Below are positions 50,755 through 64,000 of a stretch of DNA of 64,000 bases, one piece after another. Numbering within the stretch: position 1 is the first letter of the stretch; each line of letters starts with the position of its first letter. Origin of the DNA: Calcarisporiella thermophila CBS 279.70. Taxonomy: Eukaryota; Fungi; Calcarisporiellomycota. The DNA is taken from NCBI RefSeq assembly GCF_041956535.1, contig NW_027192212.1, forward strand, positions 264,970 to 328,969, read 5' to 3'. The position numbers and the translations under genes are program-made. Under the pieces are notes generated by a model. That model ran no database searches. It saw only the letters and a program-made list of their open reading frames with translations, and was not told the origin of the DNA.

Positions 50755-52107
50755 ATGATATTTTCTAATTTGCGCCCATTTGCATTGGTCATGCTCCTCA
50801 TGCTTTTCCTCATTGGAATGATAGGTGAGGAATGCGCACGATCAATACACAGCGGCAAGATTAATACTTGGATAGAAGGAATTGTTCCTAGCCGTAATAT
50901 TCATGTGCATCCCTTTTTAATGCGTCGCGTTGTACCTCGCCAAGAGCCTAATATGGATCAACAGAAGGGCCCAGCTTCGGACCAGCGTGAGCTTCAACAA
51001 GCTCCGGATAATGACCGACCAACGAAGCAGGAGGATACTTCCCCGGTCAAGAAGAGCGAGGAGACCACACAGAATAACGGACAATCAGGAAAAGAAAGCG
51101 AAACAAGGAATGCAAAGCAGGAAGACAGTCCCCCCGTGAAGGAGAGCGACGTATCTACTCCTAAAACTGACCGATCCGGAAAAGAAAACGATTCCGCAAC
51201 GTCAAAGACAACTCAAGATAGCAGTCCAAAAGAGAGCAATAAGCCTTCTGGTAATGATGACCGAGCAGAAAGCGGAAAGGCATCTGTTAGTAATAACTTG
51301 CCCACCGATACGGAGCAATCAGGAAACGGCAATTCACCTGAGAACACAGGCGGCCAACATTTGCCTATTCCTACGAAGACATCGGATACTGGTGATTCCC
51401 AAGTAGCCACGCCCACCGCAAACAACGACCAGGGGAAATCCGGGGGACCGAGTATAACAGGTGAAGATTCAACGAAACCCTCTGGTAACACCTCAAGTGA
51501 TTTGGAAAGCCAAAACACAGGTTCAGTGGCCCCAAGTGATGGAAGCTCGTCTTCTTACGTTAGCGCTTCAATAGCTACTCCGGTTACTTCGATCGCAACT
51601 GCCGATAGCTCATCCGTTTCCCACGTCTCGGCTTCATTAGCAGTGACTTTACCAGTCTCCTCTTCTTCAAATAGTATATTCGGAAATTGGGATCATGGTT
51701 CAAGTACATCGAGCTCATTACATACACCTGAACCATTGCCAAATAATCCTACCATCACCACGATACCATCATCATTTACCGTTACTTTGACACCAATCCC
51801 GGTTACCACCACCCTGACACCTTCTCCAGCCACTGTAACTCAGTTGCTTACACCTGAAAACCCTGCGATTGCAACAAAAATGGTGACAGAGGTCAATGTT
51901 GAACACCTTCCACAGAAGCAGTCATCTACGGGAGTTGAGGTAACTCTAGTTACTGTGACAGCCCCTGATGGATCTATAGTTACTATTGTTGCGTCCCGTC
52001 CTGCGATATTGCAAATCCCTACTCTACTCAGTGGGACATTCTCTCTTCAGCCAATATTCCCTAGCATCATATTCATTATATCGATGCTAGCGATATTTTT
52101 CCGATAA
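50755..52107 (+). CDS. Ser/Thr-rich cell-surface protein, possibly GPI-anchored
   Basis: Hydrophobic N-terminal signal, long polar and S/T-rich body, hydrophobic C-terminal tail (IFPSIIFIISMLAIFFR). Confidence 0.7.
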   Translation: MIFSNLRPFALVMLLMLFLIGMIGEECARSIHSGKINTWIEGIVPSRNIHVHPFLMRRVVPRQEPNMDQQKGPASDQRELQQAPDNDRPTKQEDTSPVKKSEETTQNNGQSGKESETRNAKQEDSPPVKESDVSTPKTDRSGKENDSATSKTTQDSSPKESNKPSGNDDRAESGKASVSNNLPTDTEQSGNGNSPENTGGQHLPIPTKTSDTGDSQVATPTANNDQGKSGGPSITGEDSTKPSGNTSSDLESQNTGSVAPSDGSSSSYVSASIATPVTSIATADSSSVSHVSASLAVTLPVSSSSNSIFGNWDHGSSTSSSLHTPEPLPNNPTITTIPSSFTVTLTPIPVTTTLTPSPATVTQLLTPENPAIATKMVTEVNVEHLPQKQSSTGVEVTLVTVTAPDGSIVTIVASRPAILQIPTLLSGTFSLQPIFPSIIFIISMLAIFFR

Positions 52108-52270
52108 AACGGAACAAATGCCGAACATTCATACATCGATCGATTTATACATTTATTCATCTATACAGATGCTCATACAAGTTTCTAAATATCGCATACG
52201 ACGGTAATTAGAGCTCAATTTCATAAAAATACCCAAATATGAAAATAAAAATTTAATAGGATCTATAGCC

Positions 52271-53169
52271 ATGAATTTCATCCACCCATGCCAGGAACTA
52301 GTTAGTCTGGTAGCTGAATTTGAGTTCGTTAGCGATGTTGATGAGGAGATGTTCATTTTATACACCGACGATCCGTCACAATGGAACCGAAATCGTTCTG
52401 TCGATCAACACAAAAACGTCCTCGAAATCCAAAGTATTGATATTATTGTTACTGAGCCAAGAGTAGACATAGAGCTAAAGTAATCTTTCTATCGTTAGTT
52501 GACTCACATAGGCTTGAAATTACCCAAAACGTTAGCGTACATCGCTCCAGCAGGGAGGTCTGTACCGGCACGGTAGTGTGGGATTCTTCTGTATGCCTGG
52601 CCCAGTTTATTTGTTCCAATAAGACACAACTTGGATTCGATCCTAAAACTACAAGAGCACTCGAATTAGGATGTGGGTGCGGTGTACTTGGCACAGTAAT
52701 TGCTCCACTTGTCCGTCATATTACAATGACAGATGTTTTTGACGTCCTTAGATACACTACTTTGAAAAATTTACGGCGCAGCCTGCCAGAGTCCTGGATA
52801 TCTCTAGGTGAAGAGAACAAAACGCTTGAGGAGGAAGCTCGCGTACAAGTGCAGGAGCTGATATGGGGAGAGCCACTAGGAGAGGATCTGTTTGCACGTC
52901 CTTATAATTTTATTTTTGCTTCTGATGTGATTTACAACGAGAGTATCGTTGCAGCTTTTGTGTCGACACTATACACATTGCTTGCAAATGGCGAGAGAAA
53001 TAGCGTGGGTGTACTAGCACAGGAGCTGCGTTCGGACACTGTACATTACGAGCTTCTGATTCAGTTAAGAAAACATAATCTTGCTGCCGCACGTGTTCCT
53101 CAAAAGAAACTCCCTCCTCTATTTCAGCATGGTTTTGTAATATATTTCATTTGGGTTTCAACACCCTAG
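52271..53169 (+). CDS. Seven-beta-strand protein-lysine methyltransferase (Methyltransf_16; Rkm5/METTL21-like); intron 52434-52498
   Basis: DVDEEMF, TGTVVWDSS, motif I ALELGCGCG, MTD, ELIWG, and the DxxY motif FASDVIYN. Confidence 0.85.
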
Positions 53170-53953
53170 CATATATTTACATAAAAATCAATGATGATAT
53201 TATCATTTAGAAACTTTCGGAAGCTCCTTTCGAAACACTTTGCTTTTTATTGCTAATTGTTTATTATAGCCAGTAAAGAATATAATTGCATAGGTTGTCA
53301 AATATTAGTTTAGATTCAAAAATGAGACTTTTGGAATTGTTTCATAATACAATATCTTCAATTATTTTTTGAGTTGTATGCAAAGTTATATCCTAGGAAA
53401 CTTATAAATAAATAACAAATAAACCTAAGTGTCATAATTAGGTTCCATATTTCAGTGAAAATGGCTTAAGCGACTTCAATAGTGTTGTTTCTTTGAACAC
53501 CTTTTTAAAATTAATTTTTGGATGCTGGCGATATAGTCTAACGCTATAAAAGGCGTAAATACCTTAGAAAAAATGAGTAGCAGAGCGATCAGGTAGCGTT
53601 TTGTGCTGTGAGAGATGGTAGTTATACTTATATTGTGAGTTACAGTATCCATATTTTGGTGTAGCAGTATTGTTTATGTCTGTCCATAGAAAGCGTGGTA
53701 AGCTGTGAGGAAGAGTGTTAACATTTATTTTGAACCCAAGTTTTAAAATATTACACTTGATAAAGTCGTTTCGGTGTTATTGATTGAATTTCTTTTAATT
53801 ATACCTATTTGGTTATTATTCAGTTTGTTGAGGGGAGTTTTACTGCAACGCGCAGATTTGACTATACCCATCCATCATATTCTCGCGCTCCCAGTGTCCT
53901 AATATTTGACCACCTGGATCGTTTGCAAGTCGGAAGGGAACTGAGTAGTAGAA

Positions 53954-54423
53954 ATGGTTCGTTTATGCAAGAAAAAAATAGGATGGATGAATGCAGAAAA
54001 CTGATGATTTGATAATCAAGGCAAAACGCACTAAGAAAGTTGGTGTCACGGGCAAGTACGGTACTCGTTATGGCGCTTCCCTACGTAAACAAATAAAAAA
54101 GATGGAAATAACGCAGCATGCTAAGTACACATGTGCATTTTGCGGAAAGGTTCGATAAATTTGTCAGTGTTAGGGGTTTCTTAATGTTAATTCTTTTGAC
54201 TTTCAGGACACTGTGAAGCGCGAGGCAGTTGGCATTTGGAAATGCCGCGCATGTCGCAAATCCATTGCTGGTGGCGCATGGACTGTATCGTGAGTACTGT
54301 TTTCTGTATTCAATGGCTTTTTAGTTGTAGCTAAAATTATACTGGTTTAAATTGTCTAGGACAACTGCTGCTGCTACAGTCCGCAGTACAATCCGCCGTT
54401 TGCGTGAATTGCAAGAGTCTTAG
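53954..54423 (+). CDS. RPL43: 60S ribosomal protein L43 (eL43/L37a); 4 exons; absent from the ORF track
   Basis: ATG|intron|[43 protein letters not shown]|[28 protein letters not shown]|[20 protein letters not shown]. The position of the ATG exon is inferred. Confidence 0.95.
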
Positions 54424-54636
54424 TGTATTCCTACATGTTTTTGCCTCCTTCCCGCCCTGTCAAAATAAATGTTTTCCTATCATATATCCTAAGTATATTT
54501 TCATCAAGCCATTAAAATCTGTTCCCATTTTGATGCATGTTCGAGATTATTAAGTTAAAAATTCGACATTTATTTGTGGCGTATTTTAACATTGAAATTT
54601 GTTTACATCAACTGCGAAATTCAATATTCGAAAAAA

Positions 54637-56019
54637 ATGCGTAGACTTATTAATGTTGCAACACATTTTAACAAATCTATAGGCAAAATCATGGCAAAGA
54701 ACACATATTTATCTGCATCAAAAGCGGCTACAAATGCAGCTGCTTACAGTTTTGAAACTAAATGTCTTCAAGTTAGCCCTGCTTCCTTCATTTTTGAATC
54801 TCCAAAGAACTTGTTGCCTACGAATAATTCACTCTCTGAGTATGCCGAAACTGATCTCGATGTATTGAGTAACATCAATGATCCGCAATTACAGATAAAC
54901 GATCCTGCTGCAGAAGCAGCTATTGAAGAGGCAGTCAGCTTACTTCAAAATGGCGAGGTAGTGGCCCTTCCAACCGAGACTGTATACGGCCTTGCAGCAA
55001 ATGCATTATCGGAAGCTGCCGTGAGGAAGATATATGCTGCCAAAAATCGTCCGGCTGATAATCCTCTTATCGTGCATGTATCTTCCCTTCGAATGTTACG
55101 AGATCTCCTCCCCGGTGGACGCATTCCTCGTGAATACAACGCTGCTATTCGCCAATTTTGGCCGGGTCCACTCACCATTATCCTCCCAGTTTCCGCATTG
55201 ATCCCTGAGGTAGTTACCTGTGGACAACCTACAGTTGCAGTGCGTTTCCCTGCTCATCCTGTTGCAAGAGCGGTTATCCAGCGCTGTCAGTTTCCGCTAG
55301 CTGCCCCCTCAGCTAATGCCTCGGGCCGACCTTCTCCCACATTAGCTTCCCATGTATTACGTGATCTTTCGGGTCGCTTACCTTTGGTCCTAGATGGAGG
55401 ACAGTGTTCTCAGGGAATTGAGTCTACTGTGCTGGATGCTCTTCGCCATCCACCTGCCATTTTACGTCCTGGTGGTGTTACTTTTGAACAGCTTTGTATC
55501 CTAAAAGGTCTGGATGGTTTGCAAGTATACCGCAGGGATTTTGTCGATAAACAACTCGAAGCTGCCCCCACTACTCCGGGAATGAAATACCGCCATTATT
55601 CACCTGATGCCGAGGTTGTACTGTTCGAGCATCGTTACCCTACCCAAACAAAGCATGGAAATGCGAATGACCTTTGTTTAAACCATATGGATTCAATCAG
55701 GAGCGAAATATCTAGACTACAGGCTGAGGGAAAGGAGCGTATTGGAGTTTTGCGTGTCCGGTCTGGTGACTCGGATCCTACTAATGGATACCCCAGATCC
55801 GGTGATATTTCCGACAGCAAGCAGGTTATAGAGAGATGGTTAGGTGACGCTGAACATCCGGAAACAGTAGCCCGTGAACTATTTCGTCAGCTGAGAGCAC
55901 TTGATGAAGAAGATAATGTGAACTGTATACTAGTAGAAGGGATTCCAGAAAAGCATGCTGGTCTAGCTGTAATGAATCGGTTGCGAAAGGCTGCAAGTCG
56001 AGTAATTTATTATGAGTAG
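54637..56019 (+). CDS. SUA5: Threonylcarbamoyl-AMP synthase Sua5 (t6A); intronless
   Basis: VALPTETVYGLAANA, KNRPADNPLIVH, FWPGPLT, AAPSANASGRPSPT, GIESTV, PGMKYRHYSP and AVMNRLRKAA. Confidence 0.96.
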   Translation: MRRLINVATHFNKSIGKIMAKNTYLSASKAATNAAAYSFETKCLQVSPASFIFESPKNLLPTNNSLSEYAETDLDVLSNINDPQLQINDPAAEAAIEEAVSLLQNGEVVALPTETVYGLAANALSEAAVRKIYAAKNRPADNPLIVHVSSLRMLRDLLPGGRIPREYNAAIRQFWPGPLTIILPVSALIPEVVTCGQPTVAVRFPAHPVARAVIQRCQFPLAAPSANASGRPSPTLASHVLRDLSGRLPLVLDGGQCSQGIESTVLDALRHPPAILRPGGVTFEQLCILKGLDGLQVYRRDFVDKQLEAAPTTPGMKYRHYSPDAEVVLFEHRYPTQTKHGNANDLCLNHMDSIRSEISRLQAEGKERIGVLRVRSGDSDPTNGYPRSGDISDSKQVIERWLGDAEHPETVARELFRQLRALDEEDNVNCILVEGIPEKHAGLAVMNRLRKAASRVIYYE

Positions 56020-56611
56020 TCACTTTATACTATGTGGAAAAGTGGGATGGTATGCTTTTAGAACTGTACATCCATAGAATTTTCCATCTATATACCACCT
56101 TTTCCTTGTAAATACATATACAAATTATCATTCTAACTTATACTAATTTATGATACTGACCCAAAAATCATGTCTTTGTTTATTGATGCACTTTTTTACC
56201 ACCGGAGAAGGTACTTAATTGTGCATCTCGTTAAAATTGGCTCTATACTGAAAGGCTTTAGATCATCACGATACTCGCCATTGAGCAGGAAATGCTTCAA
56301 CCGGGACAAATAAAATATGTTCTATTATTAACTATGGTATCTTTGTGCTAGTTACAATAGAATGGCAGTGTCAAATATTGCACCGCTCACAAGAGAACTC
56401 TTTTTTACACCTGAATTGGAAAACAATTTTAGTCTAAATTTAATTTTCATATATATTGCATTCATATCTTATTTCTATTTTTAAATAGCAAATCCATCAA
56501 TTATGATCCTAATTCCTAATATGTGATATTCGAATCTTTCAAAATTTAAATATTATAAATCTTGTTATTTTATTTTCGACCCAAATCTGCCTCTACTCCT
56601 TCATTTTAGTA

Positions 56612-57919
<1,308 letters not shown>

Positions 57920-58094
57920 AACAACTAATAAAATCGCGAGATATCCACTCTCTTATTATATTTAGTGCTTTTGATTATAAATGTCATAAAAGAAAAATAA
58001 AGTTTGTTGTTCACTGAAATAATTTACATCGAAAACTTTATTAGATGTAAAATTTATAATGTTTTTTATTGTAAAATAAGATAGAAAATAACAT

Positions 58095-58906
58095 TTAGCG
58101 GTTCCTATAAATGAGAGCATGATATAATTGTAAGCGAAGTAATTAACGCTAAGTAAAAAGTAAGATACTAACGATTTGGCGACACGCTCCAGCTCGTCCT
58201 TCTTCTTAATGGCATACGAGTTCGAAGATCCCTATTTGAAGTTGGATTATATGAAAGAGTTAAAACATGATGTAGCCGAAATGGTTTTATCATATCTATT
58301 TACCTTGGCAGCATTAATGATCTCCTCAGCCAAGCACTCAGCAATCGACTTCACGTTGCGGAAAGCAGCCTCGCGAGCACCAATGGTCATCAGAGCGATG
58401 GCCTGGTTTACGCGACGTAGAGGAGACACATCAACTGCCTGACGACGAACGGTTCCTGCAGATCCAATACGGGTGGAATCTTCCCGAGGGCCAGTGTTAA
58501 TGACAGCGTCAACAAACACCTGCAAAGGATTCTGATCGGTAAGGAGGTGGATAATTTCAAAGGCGTGCTTTGTGATACGCGTCGCCATAAGCTTCTTGCC
58601 GTTGTTGCGTCCGTGCATCATGAGGGAGTTAGTTAAACGCTCCACAATAGGGCACTTAAAATTACAAAATATTAATGATAAATTAATCAAAAAAGCAATT
58701 CATCGATAGGAACTTACTTGGGCTTTACGGAAACGCTTGACGGAGTAGCGACCAGCAGTGTGAGGAAGATAGACGGGGTTTCGGATTTGGATGTAGTCGG
58801 TCAAGGAGATATCCTTGATCTCAACATCTTCAAAAGACCATTTATTGAAGAGACGGATGCCGGTGTGCTCGGCTACTACGTCGGCAGGCAAGTTTAGAGC
58901 AGCCAT
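58095..58906 (-). CDS. RPS5: 40S ribosomal protein S5 (uS7); 4 coding exons plus a probable 5'-UTR intron 58918-58994
   Basis: [54 protein letters not shown] and [22 protein letters not shown]. Confidence 0.97.
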
Positions 58907-59163
58907 GGTTTTACGATCTAAACAATAAATCAGTCAGCACTACTGCAATTAAAACGATGGATGGATGGATGAATTCGCACACGATGATTGATACCTTTTG
59001 GCAACTATCTTGCACCTAAGAAAAGAGGAGGAGCTAATTTTTTTTGCAAAAGACTTTTTGATTTTTGCTCGAAAAACGTCACCAAAATTTGCTGCGTCGC
59101 CAATTATTCTCAGTTAAGCTTTTTATTTGTCTAAACAAAATTTCACTGATTCTTAAATTCGAG

Positions 59164-61733
59164 CTATCTTTCCGGTGCGGACGATCCGCGTTCCAAGTCC
59201 TGAAGGTTTCTTTCCCTTCGCATTTCGTCTAGCCGTAATGCATGTCTCCAGGAATCCTCGGAGAGCTGAGACTCACCGAAACTTAGCGACACAAGTCTAG
59301 AAAAGTAGACAATTTTATAGTTTTCTATACACATAAAATAAGAAAAATAGGAGCAAATACATACCGAGCCAGTTTGATTTGGTGATGTAAATCACTTTCG
59401 GTATAAGCCTTATCCCCTTTGCTCTGAGAATTTTTTCGTAGGTCAACAAACGTTGCTTCAATATGCTAGAAGTAAAATTGGAGTCAAGCATTCATCCTTT
59501 TGATTTAGAGCTTTAATGGTACCTTTGCTATGCTTGGTGATATTTCCAGGTCTATTTTACGAAGAGCATATATGTATGTGCGTATACAGTTCAAATCGAA
59601 ATCACTCAGGACTGCATTTTCATGCTGTCCATTCGATTGCTGCAATGGTAGCATGCACTCTGCCTAATTATAGCGATGCAATAATATAGCACTGTGTAAA
59701 AGAGAAAAAGTGGAAATATGTTAAATATGATGCTCAATTACTGGTAAAAACGATTTCGCAGTTGAGAGAATGAGCACTGGCAGGTCGCTATTGAGTTTAA
59801 AATCGTGAAATGGAAAGGCATAGGTCAACCGTTGGTGTGCTATAATCTCGTGTATTGCTGCTACATTTTTGACCCCTAATAACAGCAAAATGTAAGTGTT
59901 TAAATAAGAGAAATCAAGATGGAGCAAATTTGAACCTGTATCATTCAATGTGCCTTCTTGGAGAACAGTTTCATCGATTACTAATAGAGTTCCATTCGCC
60001 AATTGTAAAACGCCAGAGGAAAGCATCTCGTTCTCGCTTCGTGGGTAAAAAGGCATATTATTGAGAGTTTCTAGGCGCAGTGGAATACCAAGACATCTCT
60101 CAGTTATATCCTGTAGGCTAGTAGTTAAAGTGTGTGCAAATTCATTCGAATGGGAAAGTGTAGTAGGTAAATTTGCTATTGCTTGAGGACGATGGGGTAC
60201 GTTGCTTATGTTAAGTGACAGAGGACCTATTACAATCTCAGGTTTTCTTAATGTACTAATAAGTAAGAAAGCCGATTAAAATAAGGCGTGAATATAATAG
60301 CGAAAAAGTATGCACATACACTCGAGAAATAACTTGCAACAAGAGGTATTCAGCGGCTAACATATCCCCATGGAGTTTTGAGGCAAGATAGTTAATCACT
60401 AGTGATCTTATCGAATTGATAGAATCATTGAACTCGTTTATGGCTGTATTAAAAAAAAAGTTAATGAATTGTAGCAGCTGGCAGAAACAAAATTCTCTTA
60501 CAGGGCTCAATAGTAGATAAACCAAAAGGTTCAGGCTGTACATGAAATACAGAGAGTATAGTTGGAATGCTTGATGGGATTTGAAATACCGCATCAAATT
60601 CGTTAGCATTATCGTGTTCAGGCCTAAAACATATCAAAAGAGGGAAAATAAAGATAAGAAACGGGGTAGTAATAGTATATTAAATAGTAAGTTAAAAGCA
60701 TTACGATAAAGATAGGATCCCGAAGAATTCTACTATATCTCCAACTTTAGGGGAATCATCTTTTGCGCACACCTGTAATATAGATTATTTAATATGCACT
60801 AAAACTCTTTTAACCCTTTGGCTAGCAACCTTAACTATAGCTGATGCATTTTTCTCTCCAGGAATTGGATAACGAGACTGAACAAACTTTTGAGTTTCTT
60901 CATCTAGCGATAGGCCTGTAAAAACAAGCGATTCCTCCTGTGAAGGTCGATCCATTGATGAAGAAGGAACTATAGAGTTGAAAAATACTCGTTAAGTTAG
61001 CAAAATATATAACACGTTAGCGTATTTTTGCAAAACCTCGGTGAGATTCAAGATAATCTCCGGATTTAACCCATTCAGATTCTCCAGGTATAGAGATACA
61101 ATAGAGTATCTGACGCTCCTCGTACACATTCTGCGGAGAGTTGAAGTCGATAGACTCGCCATCCTGTGCACGTAATAATAAGTAAATTTTCTTAAAGCCT
61201 ATCTTTTATTGTCGCGTACCTCCAAATCCGATGAATACTTGAAAACTTTCTTATACTAGTAATGAACTTAGATCAGTAATATGAACTAATTCTAAAATAA
61301 AATTACAAACCTTTTCACCCGATAATGCGTTCGTTATTTCTCCTATTTTTAGTGCCATTTCTGGCCCGAGTGTAGAATCTTGCACCATGCATCGAAAGCG
61401 CACGAGTGATCCTGAACAAATCGGTGTTTTGAGATTATCACTCAATAATGGAACCTAAACATCCGCAAGAGTCTGTTAGATGTGAAATTGTACAGAAAGT
61501 TTTGTACTAATACCTGGTTACGTTTGGATTGAGTGTCAAATACAGATCGAAACGTGCTAGTAACCAATTCATCAATTGTAGCGTTTGAATCTTTGCATTT
61601 CGCGTCTAACAAAAATTTTAGTATTCCGTCAAGTAGATAATAGAAAATATTCATGCTTACCAAATATTTTTTTTATTATCGCCAAAGGTGCATTAATATA
61701 CTCTTGGAGTGATGCTTGACTATATTCTGCCAT
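59164..61733 (-). CDS. Mini-chromosome maintenance complex-binding protein (MCM-BP/Mcb1); many exons
   Basis: GSLVRFRCMVQD, ERQILYCISIPGESEW, LHGDMLAAEYLLL, LSSGVLQLANGTLLVIDETVLQEGTLNDTGVKN and LILSTAKSFLP. Confidence 0.88.
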
Positions 61734-61756
61734 TTTAATTCAATATTGTTATTGTG

Positions 61757-61840
61757 TCGCGTTTCAATTTTTTTTTTTCAATTTATTTTATTAAGTTGAG
61801 GGCAAGGAAATTTATATTTAAATCGCGTTAATAGACGCGC
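61757..61840. promoter_or_regulatory. Three MCB-like (ACGCG-core) elements in the bidirectional MCM-BP/PIF1 promoter
   Basis: TCGCGT at 61757 and 61823 and ACGCGC at 61835, inside a 146-bp, otherwise very AT-rich intergenic gap. Confidence 0.55.
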
Positions 61841-61879
61841 TTTAATTTCTCGAACATATAACAGCTGCTAAAATAAACT

Positions 61880-64000
61880 ATGCGAGGGCCGCAGAGAAAG
61901 CAAAAGCAAACCACACTTAATGGCTTTTTCAAACAGCCTACTAATAATCAAGCCTATCACCGAGATCAGGTAGGGTCTGCGGATTTTCAACGGCAGAGCT
62001 CGCCCTTTCCTGGGTCTCTCCGCACTAACCCCTTTGTTGTGCGGGATCTTGCTACCACATCCAACAGTTCCAATATAATTAGAGCATCGGAGAGAAATAC
62101 ACGATATTCATCGCCAGAAATCTCAATATCTCATACTTCCACCTCAGCTGCTCACTTTTCTCCCGATCTCCAGCCTCCTAAACATAACCGTATCGTATCA
62201 CAGCAGGTTACAATCAAAACTTCAAATAATATCACTTCTGCCACAGTCCCCCAAATGAATACCGTGAAGCAAAGAGATGGAATACGAAAGCGCAAACTTC
62301 CTTCAGATTGGGAAAGCAATCGAGAAAAAAGATTAGGCGATTATAGCAGCACGTCCACTAATAGAAATGGCGCAAGTTCTGCCACTCCTAGTTCACATAT
62401 TACAACAGATCACCAGGGAAATAATGTAAATTTATCTGAAGAGCAGGAAGGTGTTCTAAAAGCAGTTATAAATGGGGAAAGCGTATTCTTTACTGGTTCG
62501 GCAGGTGAGAAACCATACTTATAAAGCATATTTTTGTTAATATTCTAAGATTTCTATTTTTCACATATTGGAGGAACCGGAAAATCTGTGCTTCTTCGAG
62601 GTCTGTATATGCTCTAAATCATAAAACACCAATATGTGAAGATCTGATCGATTTCTTTTTTATTTATCCATTTAGCAATAGTAAAGAATTTAAAGTCAAA
62701 GTACCGAAATCGACCTGAAGCCGTGGCGGTTACCGCTTCTACTGGTATGGCTGCTTGTAATATTGGTGGTTGCACTGTGCACAGTTTTGCCGGCATTGGA
62801 CTTGGAAATGGTACAATAGATCAAATTATATCGCGCGTAATTAAGAACCGGAAATCTGCTGAGCGGTGGAGAGCCTTAGAAGTTTTAATTATTGATGAGA
62901 GTAAGCTCTATTCAACAAATTTGACCGTATCATCCAACTAATTAATTCTAAGTTTCCATGCTGAGCGCTGATCTTTTTGACAAGCTTGAAGGAGTTGCTC
63001 GTGCTGTGCGAAGATCGAATAAGCCATTTGGAGGAATTCAAGTAAGAACGATGTCCTCTATACTTGATCAGCTCGACAAAAGATATTAACGACAGTATAG
63101 CTTGTTATTACAGGCGATTTTTATCAATTGCCACCGATTTCTGATAATGGAAAAGAAGTCAAATTTACATTTGAGGCCAGAACCTGGAAGGACTGTATTC
63201 AAAGAACTATGCACTTACAGAATATATTCCGACAGAGAGACAACGGTAGTATAATCATTTCACCTTTCCTTATGATATCTTAGGGGAAAACGCTTAATAT
63301 TTTACATGATTAGAATTCGTTAAGATGCTAAACGATATTCGCGAGGGCCGGTTGTCAGAGACTACTCTACGCAAATTTAGAGAACTCTCACGACCACTTA
63401 AACATGCTAATGGTGATATAGAATGTGCACAGCTGTAAGTTATATTTTACTGTGAATGTACTTTATTTATTTGACACTTATTCCATATTCAGTTATGCGC
63501 GACGTGATCAGGTTGATAAAGCCAACTCAGAAAGGCTTGCATCTCTTTCAGGACAACTGCATATCTTCCAAGCTGAGGACTCGGGGGACGTTGCTAAATT
63601 GGAGTCCGGATGTATGGCACCTAAGATGCTGCAGCTCAAACTGCACGCGCAAGTGATGCTCTTAAAAAATCTCGATAATACCCTAGTAAATGGCTCCCTG
63701 GGAATTGTCGTTGGATTTGTTGGAGAAGGCGAATATCGATATCTTGCCGGCCAGCTTTCTGAGTCCAATAGGAAGAATCAGGATACTTCAATACAAGATG
63801 TAAATAAACCTTACCCGATTGTTAAGTTTGCGAATGGTCGGGAGATTATGGTACTTCCTGAGGAGTGGAAATTGGAGTTACCTGGTGGTGAAGTAATTGC
63901 ACAGCGGATACAGGTAAAACTTAAACGTTACATTAGGATACCAATATACTCCAGATTATAATGCACTATATTGTTATAGATCCCATTATTGCTCGCCTGG
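61880..64000 (+). CDS. PIF1: PIF1-family 5'-3' DNA helicase, multi-exon, truncated by the window end
   Basis: [88 protein letters not shown] and QIPLLLAW. Confidence 0.95.

Noticed and set aside
52480-52511. Apparent 32-nt ultra-short intron in the methyltransferase
   Set aside because: A normal 65-nt intron (52434-52498) restores the frame and gives a more plausible protein.
61880-64000. PIF1 as part of a Helitron
   Set aside because: No Rep/HUH domain upstream; it is intron-rich and shares a promoter with MCM-BP, which fits the cellular PIF1.

Overview
Eukaryotic, intron-rich fungal DNA with about 27 protein-coding genes. Introns are short (mostly 50-100 nt) and GT-AG, with CTAAC/CTGAC-type branch points. 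GDP-L-fucose synthase and a GltP/DctA-type DAACS symporter alongside PacC-, Rax1- and NoxB-like genes suggest an early-diverging fungus, probably Mucoromycota (inference). Genes in order: a low-complexity unknown protein, two tandem acyl-CoA thioesterases, ERG24, an MBL-fold hydrolase, a 71-aa membrane microprotein missed by the ORF track, the DAACS symporter, a secreted P/Q-rich protein, actin, a PC-esterase/SGNH-like protein, a 3x89-bp tandem repeat, a subtilisin, an ADP/ATP carrier, a short PacC/Rim101-like factor, RAX1, RQC2/NEMF, transaldolase, a SAC3/GANP-like protein, RPS18, a sugar transporter, a Pro-rich membrane protein, an NADPH oxidase, a S/T-rich surface protein, a lysine methyltransferase, RPL43, SUA5, GDP-fucose synthase, RPS5, MCM-BP and a PIF1 helicase cut by the window end. 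Three observations stand out. (1) Three consecutive, co-oriented, intron-containing genes at 8.7-14.7 kb belong to families best known from bacteria, and one is an lmo0937/DUF5670-like microprotein. (2) A 239-aa PacC-like factor lacks the inhibitory C-terminal region and has five same-strand GCCAAG sites upstream. (3) MCM-BP and PIF1 share a 146-bp head-to-head promoter with three MCB-like elements. No rRNA, tRNA, CRISPR array or intact mobile element was found. All gene models were spliced by hand and all family calls come from motif recognition; no database searches were run.
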